Positions 29,132 through 38,454 of a stretch of DNA of 64,000 nucleotides are shown here, one piece after another; the stretch's first letter is position 1; every line of letters begins with the position of its first letter. The stretch spans positions 576,001 to 640,000 of the forward strand of contig OY759599.1 in assembly GCA_963662465.1 (NCBI GenBank), read 5' to 3'. The position numbers and the translations under genes are program-made. The notes under the pieces were generated by a model, which had not been told where the DNA came from, did no database searches, and was given only the letters and a program-made list of their open reading frames with translations. This DNA comes from Desulfatiglandales bacterium. GTDB lineage: Bacteria > Desulfobacterota > DSM-4660 > Desulfatiglandales > Desulfatiglandaceae.

Positions 29132-30592
29132 ATGTCTTTTCAATCGGAAAGGGCGGATGTGGATTCCACGCTGAAGCTTAAGTTGAACCGCCGGCCTGAA
29201 AATCTATCTCATATTCATCTGATGGGGATTTGTGGAACGGGAATGGCGTCTCTGGCCGGAATGCTCAAAGAGCAGGGATATGGGATTACCGGTTCGGATG
29301 CAAATGTTTATCCCCCCATGAGTCTTTTCCTGGAATCTCTCGGGATTCCGGTATTCAACGGCTATGGTCCCTGTAACCTGGAACCGCGTCCGGATTTGGT
29401 GATTGTAGGCAACGTAATTACCAGGGTTAACCCTGAAGCCGTTGAACTTTCTCGGCTCGGGTTGCTATATCTTTCTTTTCCCCAAGCGCTCAGAGAGTTT
29501 GCCATTCAGGATAAAAAATCCATTGTTATTGCTGGGACCCATGGAAAAACAACCACTTCTTCATTAATCGCCTGGATACTGGAGACTGCCGGCCTGGATC
29601 CGGGGTTTATGATTGGCGGCATCCCCCGCAATTTTGAAAAGAATTTCAAGCTGGGAAAAGGCGAATATTTCGTCATAGAAGGGGATGAATATGATTCCGC
29701 TTTTTTTGACAAGGGTCCGAAATTTCTGCACTATAACCCCTGGACGGCGATCCTGACCAGTATTGAATTCGATCATGCCGATATCTACCGGGATTTGGAT
29801 CATGTGATCGACAGCTTTCAAAGATTCATTGACCTGATTCCGGCCGGTGGACATCTTATTGCCAATGGAGATGATAAAATCATCCTCCGCGAAATCAACC
29901 GGGCCGTATGTGAAGTTGAAACTTACGGTTTTTCTAAAAACAACCATTGGCAGGTTGGGGGTATGGTTGTTTCGGAAAAGGATACCATCGTCAATATTGT
30001 GCGGGAGGGCAAGACGCAGATGCCTTTTGAAACGCCGCTTTTTGGTCGGCACAATATATCCAATTGTTTGTCCGCCGTGGTTCTGGCACATTTTTTGGGG
30101 ATATCCCCTGATATCCTGGCAAGGGCCTTATTGACTTTCAAGGGCGTCAAGCGACGGCAGGAGATCCTTGGAGAAAAAAATGGCATTATGGTCATGGACG
30201 ATTTTGCCCATCATCCCACGGCCGTAAAAGAAACGGTTCGGGCCGTGAAACAAAAATTCCCCTACAGGCGTTTGATTGTCGTGTTTGAGCCGAGGTCCAA
30301 TTCCAGCCGGCGGAATATTTTTCAGGATCGATACGCCGAATCATTCGATGCCGGGGATATTATAATGATCCGTGAGCCTCCCATGATGGAGAAAATTCCT
30401 TTGGTGGAACGTTTTTCCGCTGAGAAATTGGTTTCCGATTTGGGGGAAAGGGGGCTTGAGGCATATTCTTATGAGGATACGGATTTATTGCTGTCATCTT
30501 TGTTGAGCAGGGTCAAGGCAGGCGATATGGTGCTGATCATGTCTAACGGCGGTTTCGACAACCTGCATCACAGGCTGCTGAAAGCCATATGA
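29132..30592 (+). CDS. mpl: Murein peptide ligase (Mpl/MurC family)
   Basis: GICGTGMASLA, GSDANVYPPMS, AGTHGKTTT, EGDEYDSAFFDK, DDFAHHPTA, EPRSN, MSNGGF. Confidence 0.92.
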   Translation: MSFQSERADVDSTLKLKLNRRPENLSHIHLMGICGTGMASLAGMLKEQGYGITGSDANVYPPMSLFLESLGIPVFNGYGPCNLEPRPDLVIVGNVITRVNPEAVELSRLGLLYLSFPQALREFAIQDKKSIVIAGTHGKTTTSSLIAWILETAGLDPGFMIGGIPRNFEKNFKLGKGEYFVIEGDEYDSAFFDKGPKFLHYNPWTAILTSIEFDHADIYRDLDHVIDSFQRFIDLIPAGGHLIANGDDKIILREINRAVCEVETYGFSKNNHWQVGGMVVSEKDTIVNIVREGKTQMPFETPLFGRHNISNCLSAVVLAHFLGISPDILARALLTFKGVKRRQEILGEKNGIMVMDDFAHHPTAVKETVRAVKQKFPYRRLIVVFEPRSNSSRRNIFQDRYAESFDAGDIIMIREPPMMEKIPLVERFSAEKLVSDLGERGLEAYSYEDTDLLLSSLLSRVKAGDMVLIMSNGGFDNLHHRLLKAI

Positions 30593-30618
30593 ATAACAGC
30601 TTGGTTTCGAAAAAATAG

Positions 30619-30654
30619 AAAGGCCTTTGGCTGGATTGAGCCAAAGGCCTTTCA
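30619..30654. terminator. Hairpin between convergent mpl and tRNA-Leu, probable intrinsic terminator
   Basis: AAAGGCCTTTGGCT-loop-AGCCAAAGGCCTTT. Confidence 0.65.
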
Positions 30655-30691
30655 GAGGACATCCAAGGGGGGCGTTGAGGGGTGTCTTTGC

Positions 30692-30779
30692 TGGTGCCGG
30701 AGGTCGGAATCGAACCGACACGAACGCAAGGTTCACTGGATTTTGAGTCCAGCGCGTCTACCAGTTTCACCACTCCGGC
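30692..30779 (-). tRNA. tRNA-Leu(CAA)
   Basis: Reverse complement GCCGGAGTGGTGAAACTGGTAGACGCGCTGGACTCAAAATCCAG...GTTCGATTCCGACCTCCGGCACCA with long variable arm. Confidence 0.97.
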
Positions 30780-30927
30780 ACAAGATCAAGAGGGGCAAAG
30801 GAGGATTAAAAAAAGCACTCTCAGATGCCCGAAACTCATAACTCAGGATTATACAAAAATTATGAAAAGAATGTCAATATCATATTGACACGAGCAAATA
30901 CTTTCTGGTATTAAAGATCACGTTTGC

Positions 30928-31003
30928 GGGGCTGTAGCTCAGATGGGAGAGCGCATGACTGGCAGTCATGAGGTCAGGGGTTCGATCCCCCTCAGCTCCA
31001 CCA
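30928..31003 (+). tRNA. tRNA-Ala(GGC)
   Basis: GGGGCTGTAGCTCAGATGGGAGAGCGCATGACTGGCAGTCATGAGGTCAGGGGTTCGATCCCCCTCAGCTCCACCA. Confidence 0.97.
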
Positions 31004-31459
31004 GTAAATACAAGCACTTACGGGTTTTAACCCTAAGTGCTTTTTTTATTTTAGGCCGGTTTTGTCCACTCCTTGTACACCTTTTTTGATTCTAATGGAC
31101 TTTCAAGGCATAAAAAAACCGGCCCCAGGAAAGGGAATCGGCTCTTTTTCCATCAAGAGAGATTTTTTTATTTCTCACCCCTTAAAGCAAAAGCCGCAAA
31201 AGTAGCAAAACCTCAAAAGGATCTCTGAATCTTCCTAAAACCGGCATTCATTCTACGGCTGGATAGGGTATCCCTATCCTCTTTCAAAAACACCTTTTTT
31301 CTCTCTGTAATCACTCCACATCCCTGTTTTCCTTAAAAACTGCTTGAAATTTTGAAGTGGTAAGGACTATCATCGTTTTCACTAATAAATCTGGCAAGAG
31401 TAGCGTGTACTTACTGGCTCAAAGGGATTTCATAATAAACACGGACATCTGAGAAAAAA

Positions 31460-34400
31460 ATGCCATTTCTCCTGGATAACAAAGGCCAGGGCAAAGTCGG
31501 TGATGCCCTCCGCGAAAACATACAACGTAACGCACACCTGTCGGTTGTTTCAAACGTTTTTTCCGTCTACGCCTATGACTCCCTTGGTTCGGTACTGGCA
31601 AGCATCAAAAAGCTGCGTCTTCTTATTCCGTCAAGCCCCACCGAAACATTTCAAGTTCATGGTCTAATCGGTGGCAACGGGGACCGCGTGTTCCGAAATT
31701 CCCTAAACCTGCCAAAGGTAGCCCATGATTGCGCAAGATGGCTTGAACAGAAGGCGGAGATCAGAACCGTAGCCTTACCCGTCCTCCAGAATCTATTCCA
31801 CATCAAAAATGTGGACGGGTCCACCGTTGCCATTCACGGCAGCTCTCCCTTTACCTCTTCCGGTCTTGGGTTTACCCCGGCGACGGGATACCCCATGAAT
31901 ACGCTCTTTACAAGTGACCAGGAGACAACGGGACTTCTGGATTGGTTTGATTCCATCTGGGCGAATACCGATGCAGCTCAGGATGCTAAATCCCTCATGC
32001 CGGCACAACTTTTAGAAATATTCACGCCCAAATCTCCTGAACGGGTTTATTTCTTTACTCTCCATAATCTGTTTCAGGAATCCATTGAAGACCTGGATGA
32101 AGAAAAGATCATCAAAACCCGCACGGGAATCAAGGAAACCGAAGTTTGGAAAAGACTCTACCGATTTCAACGGGACGGTGTTCTGGGCGCCATTGACAAA
32201 ATCGAAAAATATAATGGTTGTGTTCTGGCCGACAGCGTGGGACTCGGAAAAACGTTTGAGGCCCTGGCCATCATCAAATACTACGAATTGCGCAATGATC
32301 GTGTTCTGGTACTTTGCCCCAAGAAAATTCGGGAAAACTGGACCATTTTTACGGTTAACGACAAGCGCAATCTTTTCGCGGATGACCGGTTTAACTACGA
32401 TGTCCTCAACCACACTGACCTAACACGGCTGAAAGGGTACTCCGGTGAGTTGAACCTGGAAACACTTAACTTGGGCAACTACGATCTGGTGGTCATTGAC
32501 GAATCCCACAATTTTCGTAACAACCCGCCTCGGAAAGACGGAATGACACGCTACTCCCGATTGATGCGGGATATCATCAAAACCGGTGTTAAAACAAAGG
32601 TTCTCATGCTGTCAGCCACCCCGGTGAACAGCCGAATGAACGATTTAAAAAACCAGGTTGCCTTCATTACCGAAGGCATTGATGATGCCCTGGCGGGTTC
32701 GGGACTCATCAGCATTGAGCAAACCCTCAAGAAGGCCCAGACCCGTTTCAATCGGTGGCTGAATCTTTCTGAGGCCAGGCGAACCACGGAATCTTTGCTT
32801 GAAAGCCTCAATTTTGATTATTTTAAGCTCCTGGACCTCCTCACCATTGCCCGTTCACGGAAACACATCCAGAAATATTACGACATGGCTGAAATCGGAG
32901 ACTTCCCGGAACGGGCCAGGCCCATCAACATCAAGGCGGACATCGATACTGAAAACCTTTTTCCACCGCTTAAGGAAATCAACCGGGACATTCGGCGGTT
33001 GAACCTCAGTGCGTATGCGCCGCTTAAGTATGTGCTTGCGGAAAAACTGACGGAATACAGCAGAAAATACGACATGCAGGTGGCGGGAGGTTCTGTTTTC
33101 AAACAGATTGACCGTGAAGAAAGCCTCATCCACCTCATACGCGTCAACCTCCTCAAGCGAATGGAAAGTTCCATCAGCAGTTTTGCCCGGACCCTGGAAA
33201 AATTGCTTCAGGGTGTGCAACACATCATCACCCGAATTGATTCCCATGAGGACATGGACCTTGAGGAATTGAACATCGAAGAGATAGAAATCGATTCCGA
33301 AGAATTTGAGCCCTTCCTCATCGGAAATAAAATCAAGGTGCTGATTCAGGATGTGGATTGTATCCGGTGGAAACAGGAACTGAAAGAGGATGAGGAACGG
33401 CTGGTTAAGATGCTGTGCCAGGCCCGTGAAGTAACGCCTGTAAGAGATGAGAAGCTCCGCAGGCTTCAGGAAATCATTTCCGAAAAAGCGACATCTCCCC
33501 GCAATCCCGGCAACCTGAAGGTAATGATATTTACGGCCTTCGCACATACCGCGGAATACTTATACTCCCATCTGGCCCAGTGGGCGCAACAGGACCTTGG
33601 AGTGCATTCCGCCATGGTCACCGGCGGTTCGGGAGGGAATAAAACCAACCTGCCGGGCATTCGAAAGGATATGGCATCCATAATCACGTCTTTTTCACCC
33701 ATATCCAAGGATCGAAAAAAAGTCGATCCCTCCCTTGAGGAAGAAATCGATATCCTGATTGCGACGGACTGCATTTCCGAAGGCCAGAATCTTCAGGACT
33801 GCGATTACCTGGTCAATTATGATATCCACTGGAACCCGGTCAGGATCATCCAGCGCTTCGGCCGAATCGACCGGCTGGGATCGATCAACACCACCATTCA
33901 ACTGGTCAATTTCTGGCCCAACATGGAACTTGACGAATACATCAATTTGGAAGCCAGGGTTTCAGGGCGAATGGTTCTGTTGGATATTTCCGCCACAGGT
34001 GAGGAAAACATCATTGAATTTTCCGATGCGGGGAAAATGAACGATCTGGAATACCGCCGCAGGCAACTGGAGCGGCTCCAAAATGAAGTGGTGGACATTG
34101 AAGACCTTGGTGGCGGTATCTCCATTACCGATCTGACGCTCAATGACTTTCGTATGGATTTATCCAATTACATTAAGGAGTCCCAGAAACGGTTTGATCA
34201 AACGGCGCTGGGCGCTTTTTCGGTAACCGACGGAGACAGTTTGCTGAACAATGAAATCGATCCAAGCGTACTCTTTTGCCTCAAGAGCGTCAATCCGAAA
34301 GTCCAGACCGAAGACAGCTATGCCCTTTCACCCCACTATCTGGTACATGTGTCTGAAAACGGAGAAATCCTCTTGAATATTTCCCAGGCAAAAAAAGCCA

Positions 34401-34708
34401 TGGACCTTTGGAAAAAGCTTTCCCTTGGCTGGGAAAACCCCGACCCGAAAGCCTTCCAGCGCTTCAACGTCGCCACTAGAAACGGTGCCGATATGAGCCT
34501 GTACCAGGATTTGCTGTCCCGAGCGGTGTCGGCTATCACCGGCAAAGCCGAAGAAAAAGGGGTTGAAAGCCTGTTTCATCGTGGGGGGACAGCATTGACC
34601 AAAGGCACTTTCAGGGGCATGAATGACTTTGAAGTGATCTCCTATCTGGCGATTCAATCCAAAGGAAGCTTCGTGGTGAAAAAAATCTGGGCTATCAGGT
34701 TCAACTGA
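31460..34708 (+). CDS. SNF2-family helicase with a degenerate N-terminal PLD-like domain
   Basis: HGSSPFTSSGLG (PLD-like, no HxK), ADSVGLGKT, IDESHNFRN, LSATP, SEGQNLQ, WNPVRIIQRFGRIDR. Confidence 0.88.
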   Translation: MPFLLDNKGQGKVGDALRENIQRNAHLSVVSNVFSVYAYDSLGSVLASIKKLRLLIPSSPTETFQVHGLIGGNGDRVFRNSLNLPKVAHDCARWLEQKAEIRTVALPVLQNLFHIKNVDGSTVAIHGSSPFTSSGLGFTPATGYPMNTLFTSDQETTGLLDWFDSIWANTDAAQDAKSLMPAQLLEIFTPKSPERVYFFTLHNLFQESIEDLDEEKIIKTRTGIKETEVWKRLYRFQRDGVLGAIDKIEKYNGCVLADSVGLGKTFEALAIIKYYELRNDRVLVLCPKKIRENWTIFTVNDKRNLFADDRFNYDVLNHTDLTRLKGYSGELNLETLNLGNYDLVVIDESHNFRNNPPRKDGMTRYSRLMRDIIKTGVKTKVLMLSATPVNSRMNDLKNQVAFITEGIDDALAGSGLISIEQTLKKAQTRFNRWLNLSEARRTTESLLESLNFDYFKLLDLLTIARSRKHIQKYYDMAEIGDFPERARPINIKADIDTENLFPPLKEINRDIRRLNLSAYAPLKYVLAEKLTEYSRKYDMQVAGGSVFKQIDREESLIHLIRVNLLKRMESSISSFARTLEKLLQGVQHIITRIDSHEDMDLEELNIEEIEIDSEEFEPFLIGNKIKVLIQDVDCIRWKQELKEDEERLVKMLCQAREVTPVRDEKLRRLQEIISEKATSPRNPGNLKVMIFTAFAHTAEYLYSHLAQWAQQDLGVHSAMVTGGSGGNKTNLPGIRKDMASIITSFSPISKDRKKVDPSLEEEIDILIATDCISEGQNLQDCDYLVNYDIHWNPVRIIQRFGRIDRLGSINTTIQLVNFWPNMELDEYINLEARVSGRMVLLDISATGEENIIEFSDAGKMNDLEYRRRQLERLQNEVVDIEDLGGGISITDLTLNDFRMDLSNYIKESQKRFDQTALGAFSVTDGDSLLNNEIDPSVLFCLKSVNPKVQTEDSYALSPHYLVHVSENGEILLNISQAKKAMDLWKKLSLGWENPDPKAFQRFNVATRNGADMSLYQDLLSRAVSAITGKAEEKGVESLFHRGGTALTKGTFRGMNDFEVISYLAIQSKGSFVVKKIWAIRFN

Positions 34709-34764
34709 ACACCCAGAGAAAACACGCACGGGACCGCATTGAGGTCCTTAAAAGCCGGTTGTGA
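34663..34764 (+). pseudogene. C-terminal remnant of a DUF4391-like gene
   Basis: Alternate frame reads RKLRGEKNLGYQVQLNTQRKHARDRIEVLKSRL*, resembling the DUF4391 coiled-coil end, at the position where that gene normally lies. Confidence 0.6.
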
Positions 34765-34788
34765 TGGAAAACCAAATAGAGGGTTGGA

Positions 34789-36423
34789 ATGACGATTGAG
34801 GAATTAGAAAAAATTATGGCTTCCAAAGAAGGGGAACATCTGGAATTCAAGGAAGCCAAAACCAGATTCCACTTTGAAGACCTTGGGAAATACTGCACAG
34901 CCCTAGCCAACGAAGGCGGGGGGGAAATGGTTTTCGGGGTTACTGACAAACGGCCCCGGCGCGTTGTCGGTTCCAAGGCTTTCCAGCAGCCGGAACGGAC
35001 TCGTGCGAGCCTCATGGAGCAGTTGCATCTTCGCGTCGACTTCAGCATTGTCCATCACCCCAATGGCCGGGTGTTGATTTTTCATGTCCCCACACGACCC
35101 ATCGGCAATCCGGTAAAATACAAGGGCGTTTACTGGGAACGGTCCGGCGACAGCCTGGTCCCCATGGCAGATGACAGGCTTCGTACTGTTTTTGCGGAGG
35201 CGGGGCATGATTTTTCGGCGGATATCTGTACCCCCGCAACGCTGGATGATCTGGACCCGTTGGCCATAGCGGATTTTCGCGCCCGGTGGATTCGCAAATC
35301 CGGCAATCAGAGTCTCGAAACCCTTACCCCGGAACAGCTTCTGACCGATGCCGAAGCCCTGATGGATGGCAAAGTCACCTATGCGGCCTTTGTTTTGTTC
35401 GGCACCCGCAAGGCCCTTGGGCGACATCTGGCTCAAGCCGAGGTGATCTTTGAATACCGTTCATCCGACGTATCGGGTCCGCCCCAGAAGAGAGTCGAAT
35501 TTCGACAGGGGTTTTTCAGTTTTTATGATGAGTTGTGGGAGTTGATCAATCTCAGAAATGATACCCAGCATTTTCAGTCCGGCCTGTTTGTCCTGGATAT
35601 TTTTACCTTCTCGGAGCGGGTTGTCCGTGAAGCCATTTTGAATGCCATCAGCCATCGGGATTATCTGCATGGCGGCAATATCTTCATTCGGCAGTATCCT
35701 CGAAGGCTAACCATCGAAAGCCCCGGGGGATTTCCCCTGGGCATTACCCCGGGTAATATCCTGGATCGACAGTTGCCCCGCAACCGGCGCATTGCTGATA
35801 TTTTTGCCAAATGCGGCCTGGTGGAGCGCTCCGGCCAGGGCATGAACCTGATGTTTGAATTGAGCATTAAGGAAAGCAAACAGACCCCTGATTTCACCGG
35901 GACTGACCCCTACCAGGTGTTTCTTCACCTGAATGGTGAAGTGCAGGACCCCCACTTTCTCCAATTTCTTGAAAAGGTAGGTCAGGAGACCATAGCGCTT
36001 TTCAGCACCGCTGATTTCCTGCTGCTGGACCATATCAATCGGGAACAGAAGGTGCCGGATCACCTGAAGCACAGGCTGCCGTCCCTGGTAGACAAGGGGG
36101 TCATTGAGCGACATGGCCGGGGTCGGGGCGTCAAGTATATTCTCAGTCGCCGGTATTACGAAATGGTTGGCGAGGAAGGGGTTTACACCCGGCGAAAAGG
36201 GTTGGATCGTGAAGCCAACAAGACCCTGCTGCTGAAACATATCGTCCGAAACAGGAACAAAGGGAGTGGTTTAAAAGAATTTGTTCAGGTGCTTCCCTTT
36301 CTGTCGAAAAATCAGATTCAAAAGCTGGTTGCCGAACTAAAAAAAGAAGGGGAAATCTATAAAACCGGAGTGACAAAGAGCGCCCGTTGGTATCCCGCGG
36401 AGACCGAAATTATTACGCCGTAA
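34789..36423 (+). CDS. Schlafen/AlbA_2 + HATPase_c_4 + winged-HTH protein
   Basis: EGEHLEFKEA, ALANEGGG..FGVTD, REAILNAISHRDY, ESPGGF, PRNRRIA, VERSGQG, C-terminal HTH segments. Confidence 0.88.
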   Translation: MTIEELEKIMASKEGEHLEFKEAKTRFHFEDLGKYCTALANEGGGEMVFGVTDKRPRRVVGSKAFQQPERTRASLMEQLHLRVDFSIVHHPNGRVLIFHVPTRPIGNPVKYKGVYWERSGDSLVPMADDRLRTVFAEAGHDFSADICTPATLDDLDPLAIADFRARWIRKSGNQSLETLTPEQLLTDAEALMDGKVTYAAFVLFGTRKALGRHLAQAEVIFEYRSSDVSGPPQKRVEFRQGFFSFYDELWELINLRNDTQHFQSGLFVLDIFTFSERVVREAILNAISHRDYLHGGNIFIRQYPRRLTIESPGGFPLGITPGNILDRQLPRNRRIADIFAKCGLVERSGQGMNLMFELSIKESKQTPDFTGTDPYQVFLHLNGEVQDPHFLQFLEKVGQETIALFSTADFLLLDHINREQKVPDHLKHRLPSLVDKGVIERHGRGRGVKYILSRRYYEMVGEEGVYTRRKGLDREANKTLLLKHIVRNRNKGSGLKEFVQVLPFLSKNQIQKLVAELKKEGEIYKTGVTKSARWYPAETEIITP

Positions 36424-36573
36424 AAAGGCATTTGGCGCAATCATGGCGCAATTGAATTCACATAACCATATGATAACAAAACAAGTAATTACGCGCCCAT
36501 TACAGTGGCAATGCCTAATTGCGCAATAAAATGATGTAATAGGAAATGCAATAGCCCTAAACCGGAGACTGAA

Positions 36574-38442
36574 ATGAAGGAAATAACGGAACAGGACGGA
36601 AAAAGTCTCGACCTGATCGAAGAAAACCTGAAAGTCCTCAAAACCTTTTTCCCTGAAGCCTTTACCGAAGACGGGATCGATTTTGAAATACTCAAACAAC
36701 TGCTGGGGGATTCTGTGGCTGAAGGTGATGAAAAGTATGGACTTACCTGGTACGGCAAGAAGAAGGCCCGCCAGATTGCCCTAACCCCTTCACTGGGAAC
36801 ACTCCGCCCCTGCCCGGAAGAAAGCGTGGACTGGGATACCACTCAAAACCTGTTTATCGAAGGCGACAACCTGGAAGCGCTGAAACTCCTGCAAAAAAGC
36901 TACGCCAACAAGGTCAAGATGATCTATATCGATCCGCCTTACAACACGGGAAAGGAGTTTATTTATCCGGATAGATTTCAAGACAATTTAGATACTTATC
37001 TTCGATATACCGGACAAAAGGGAGATGAAGATTTAAAAACATCCTCTAATGCTGAAAGTTCAGGACGGTATCATACCAACTGGCTAAATATGATGTATCC
37101 GAGATTGAAATTGGCGAGGAACCTTCTTCGGGATGATGGTGTTATCTTTGTGACAATTGACGATTGTGAGGTAGCTAATCTGCGAAGGATCTGCGATGAA
37201 ATTTTCGGTCAGGAAAACTTTGTTACAAGTGTTGTATGGCAAAAAAAGGTATCCCCATCTAATGATGCCACTTGGTTTAGTAGTGATCATGATCATATCT
37301 TAACTTATGCGAAAAACAAAATGATTTGGCGACCAAATCGACTTCCAATGAATAAAAGGCAAAAGGGTTACTATACGAATCCAGATAACGATCATCGCGG
37401 ACCGTGGAATTCTGCAACATACACATGCAACAAAAACAAAGAAGAACGTCCAAATCTTTATTATCCATTAATTAATCCAAATACTGGATCTGAAGTTTGG
37501 CCAAAAGAAACAGCAGTTTGGGCATATTCTAGAGATATGAGTAAATTACATGCAGAGGAAGGTATTATATATTGGGGTAAAGATGGAAAAAGTAATTCAC
37601 CACGTATGAAAAATTTTCTAACCGAGGCAAAAGGAGTAGTGCCTCGTACGGTCTGGCTTTACACGGATGTAGGTCATACACAGGAAGCAACAAAGATTCT
37701 TAAGGAGTTGGTCAATGATATAAAATTTGAGACCCCAAAGCCTCTTAGGCTTATTCAGCATATGTTAAAAATCGTTTCTAAGGTAGGTGAAAATGACATC
37801 ATTTTGGACTTTTTTGCCGGTTCATGTTCGACTGCGCACGCAATAATGGAATTGAATGTAATATCGGGTGCGAATCGACGTTATATTATGGTGCAACTTC
37901 CTGAACCAGTTGTACACACGAATTACAATAGCATCGCCGATATTGGCAAAGAACGTATTCGCCGGGCCGCAGCAAAGATCAAAGAGAAAAACCCAGATTA
38001 CAAAGGGGACCTCGGTTTTAAGGTCTTCAAACTGGACAGCAGCAACATTCGCGCATGGAACCCGGACCGAAGCGACATCCATCAAACGCTTATCGACCAT
38101 ATGGAGCATCTGGTGGAAGGCCGGAGCGAACAGGATGTGCTGTACGAACTCCTGTTGAAACGGGGGGTTGATCTGACGGTCCCCATCGAAGAGAAAACCA
38201 TAATAGGGAAAACCGTTTACAGTATCGCTTACGGGGTTTTGTTTACCTGTCTGGATAAGGCCATCCACCGGAATGAAATCGAGAAGCTGGCCCAGGGGAT
38301 TATCGACTGGCACAGGGCGCTTGAGCCCGCCGGGGATACCCAGGTGGTGTTTCGGGACAGCGCTTTTGAAAATGATGTTGCCAAGACGAACATGACAGCC
38401 ATTTTGGAGCAGTACGGTATTGCCCACGTGCGAAGCCTTTAG
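36574..38442 (+). CDS. mod: Type III restriction-modification methyltransferase
   Basis: NLFIEGDNLEALK, IYIDPPYNTG, WLNMMYPRLKLAR, FETPKP, LDFFAGS, GFKVFKL. Confidence 0.95.
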   Translation: MKEITEQDGKSLDLIEENLKVLKTFFPEAFTEDGIDFEILKQLLGDSVAEGDEKYGLTWYGKKKARQIALTPSLGTLRPCPEESVDWDTTQNLFIEGDNLEALKLLQKSYANKVKMIYIDPPYNTGKEFIYPDRFQDNLDTYLRYTGQKGDEDLKTSSNAESSGRYHTNWLNMMYPRLKLARNLLRDDGVIFVTIDDCEVANLRRICDEIFGQENFVTSVVWQKKVSPSNDATWFSSDHDHILTYAKNKMIWRPNRLPMNKRQKGYYTNPDNDHRGPWNSATYTCNKNKEERPNLYYPLINPNTGSEVWPKETAVWAYSRDMSKLHAEEGIIYWGKDGKSNSPRMKNFLTEAKGVVPRTVWLYTDVGHTQEATKILKELVNDIKFETPKPLRLIQHMLKIVSKVGENDIILDFFAGSCSTAHAIMELNVISGANRRYIMVQLPEPVVHTNYNSIADIGKERIRRAAAKIKEKNPDYKGDLGFKVFKLDSSNIRAWNPDRSDIHQTLIDHMEHLVEGRSEQDVLYELLLKRGVDLTVPIEEKTIIGKTVYSIAYGVLFTCLDKAIHRNEIEKLAQGIIDWHRALEPAGDTQVVFRDSAFENDVAKTNMTAILEQYGIAHVRSL

Positions 38443-38454
38443 GAAAAATCAAAA

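Noticed and set aside
30494..30888. Short ORFs overlapping tRNA-Leu
   Set aside because: They are translations of the tRNA and terminator sequence.
36574..38442. Phase-variable mod (phasevarion)
   Set aside because: No simple-sequence repeat tract in the gene or its 5' region.
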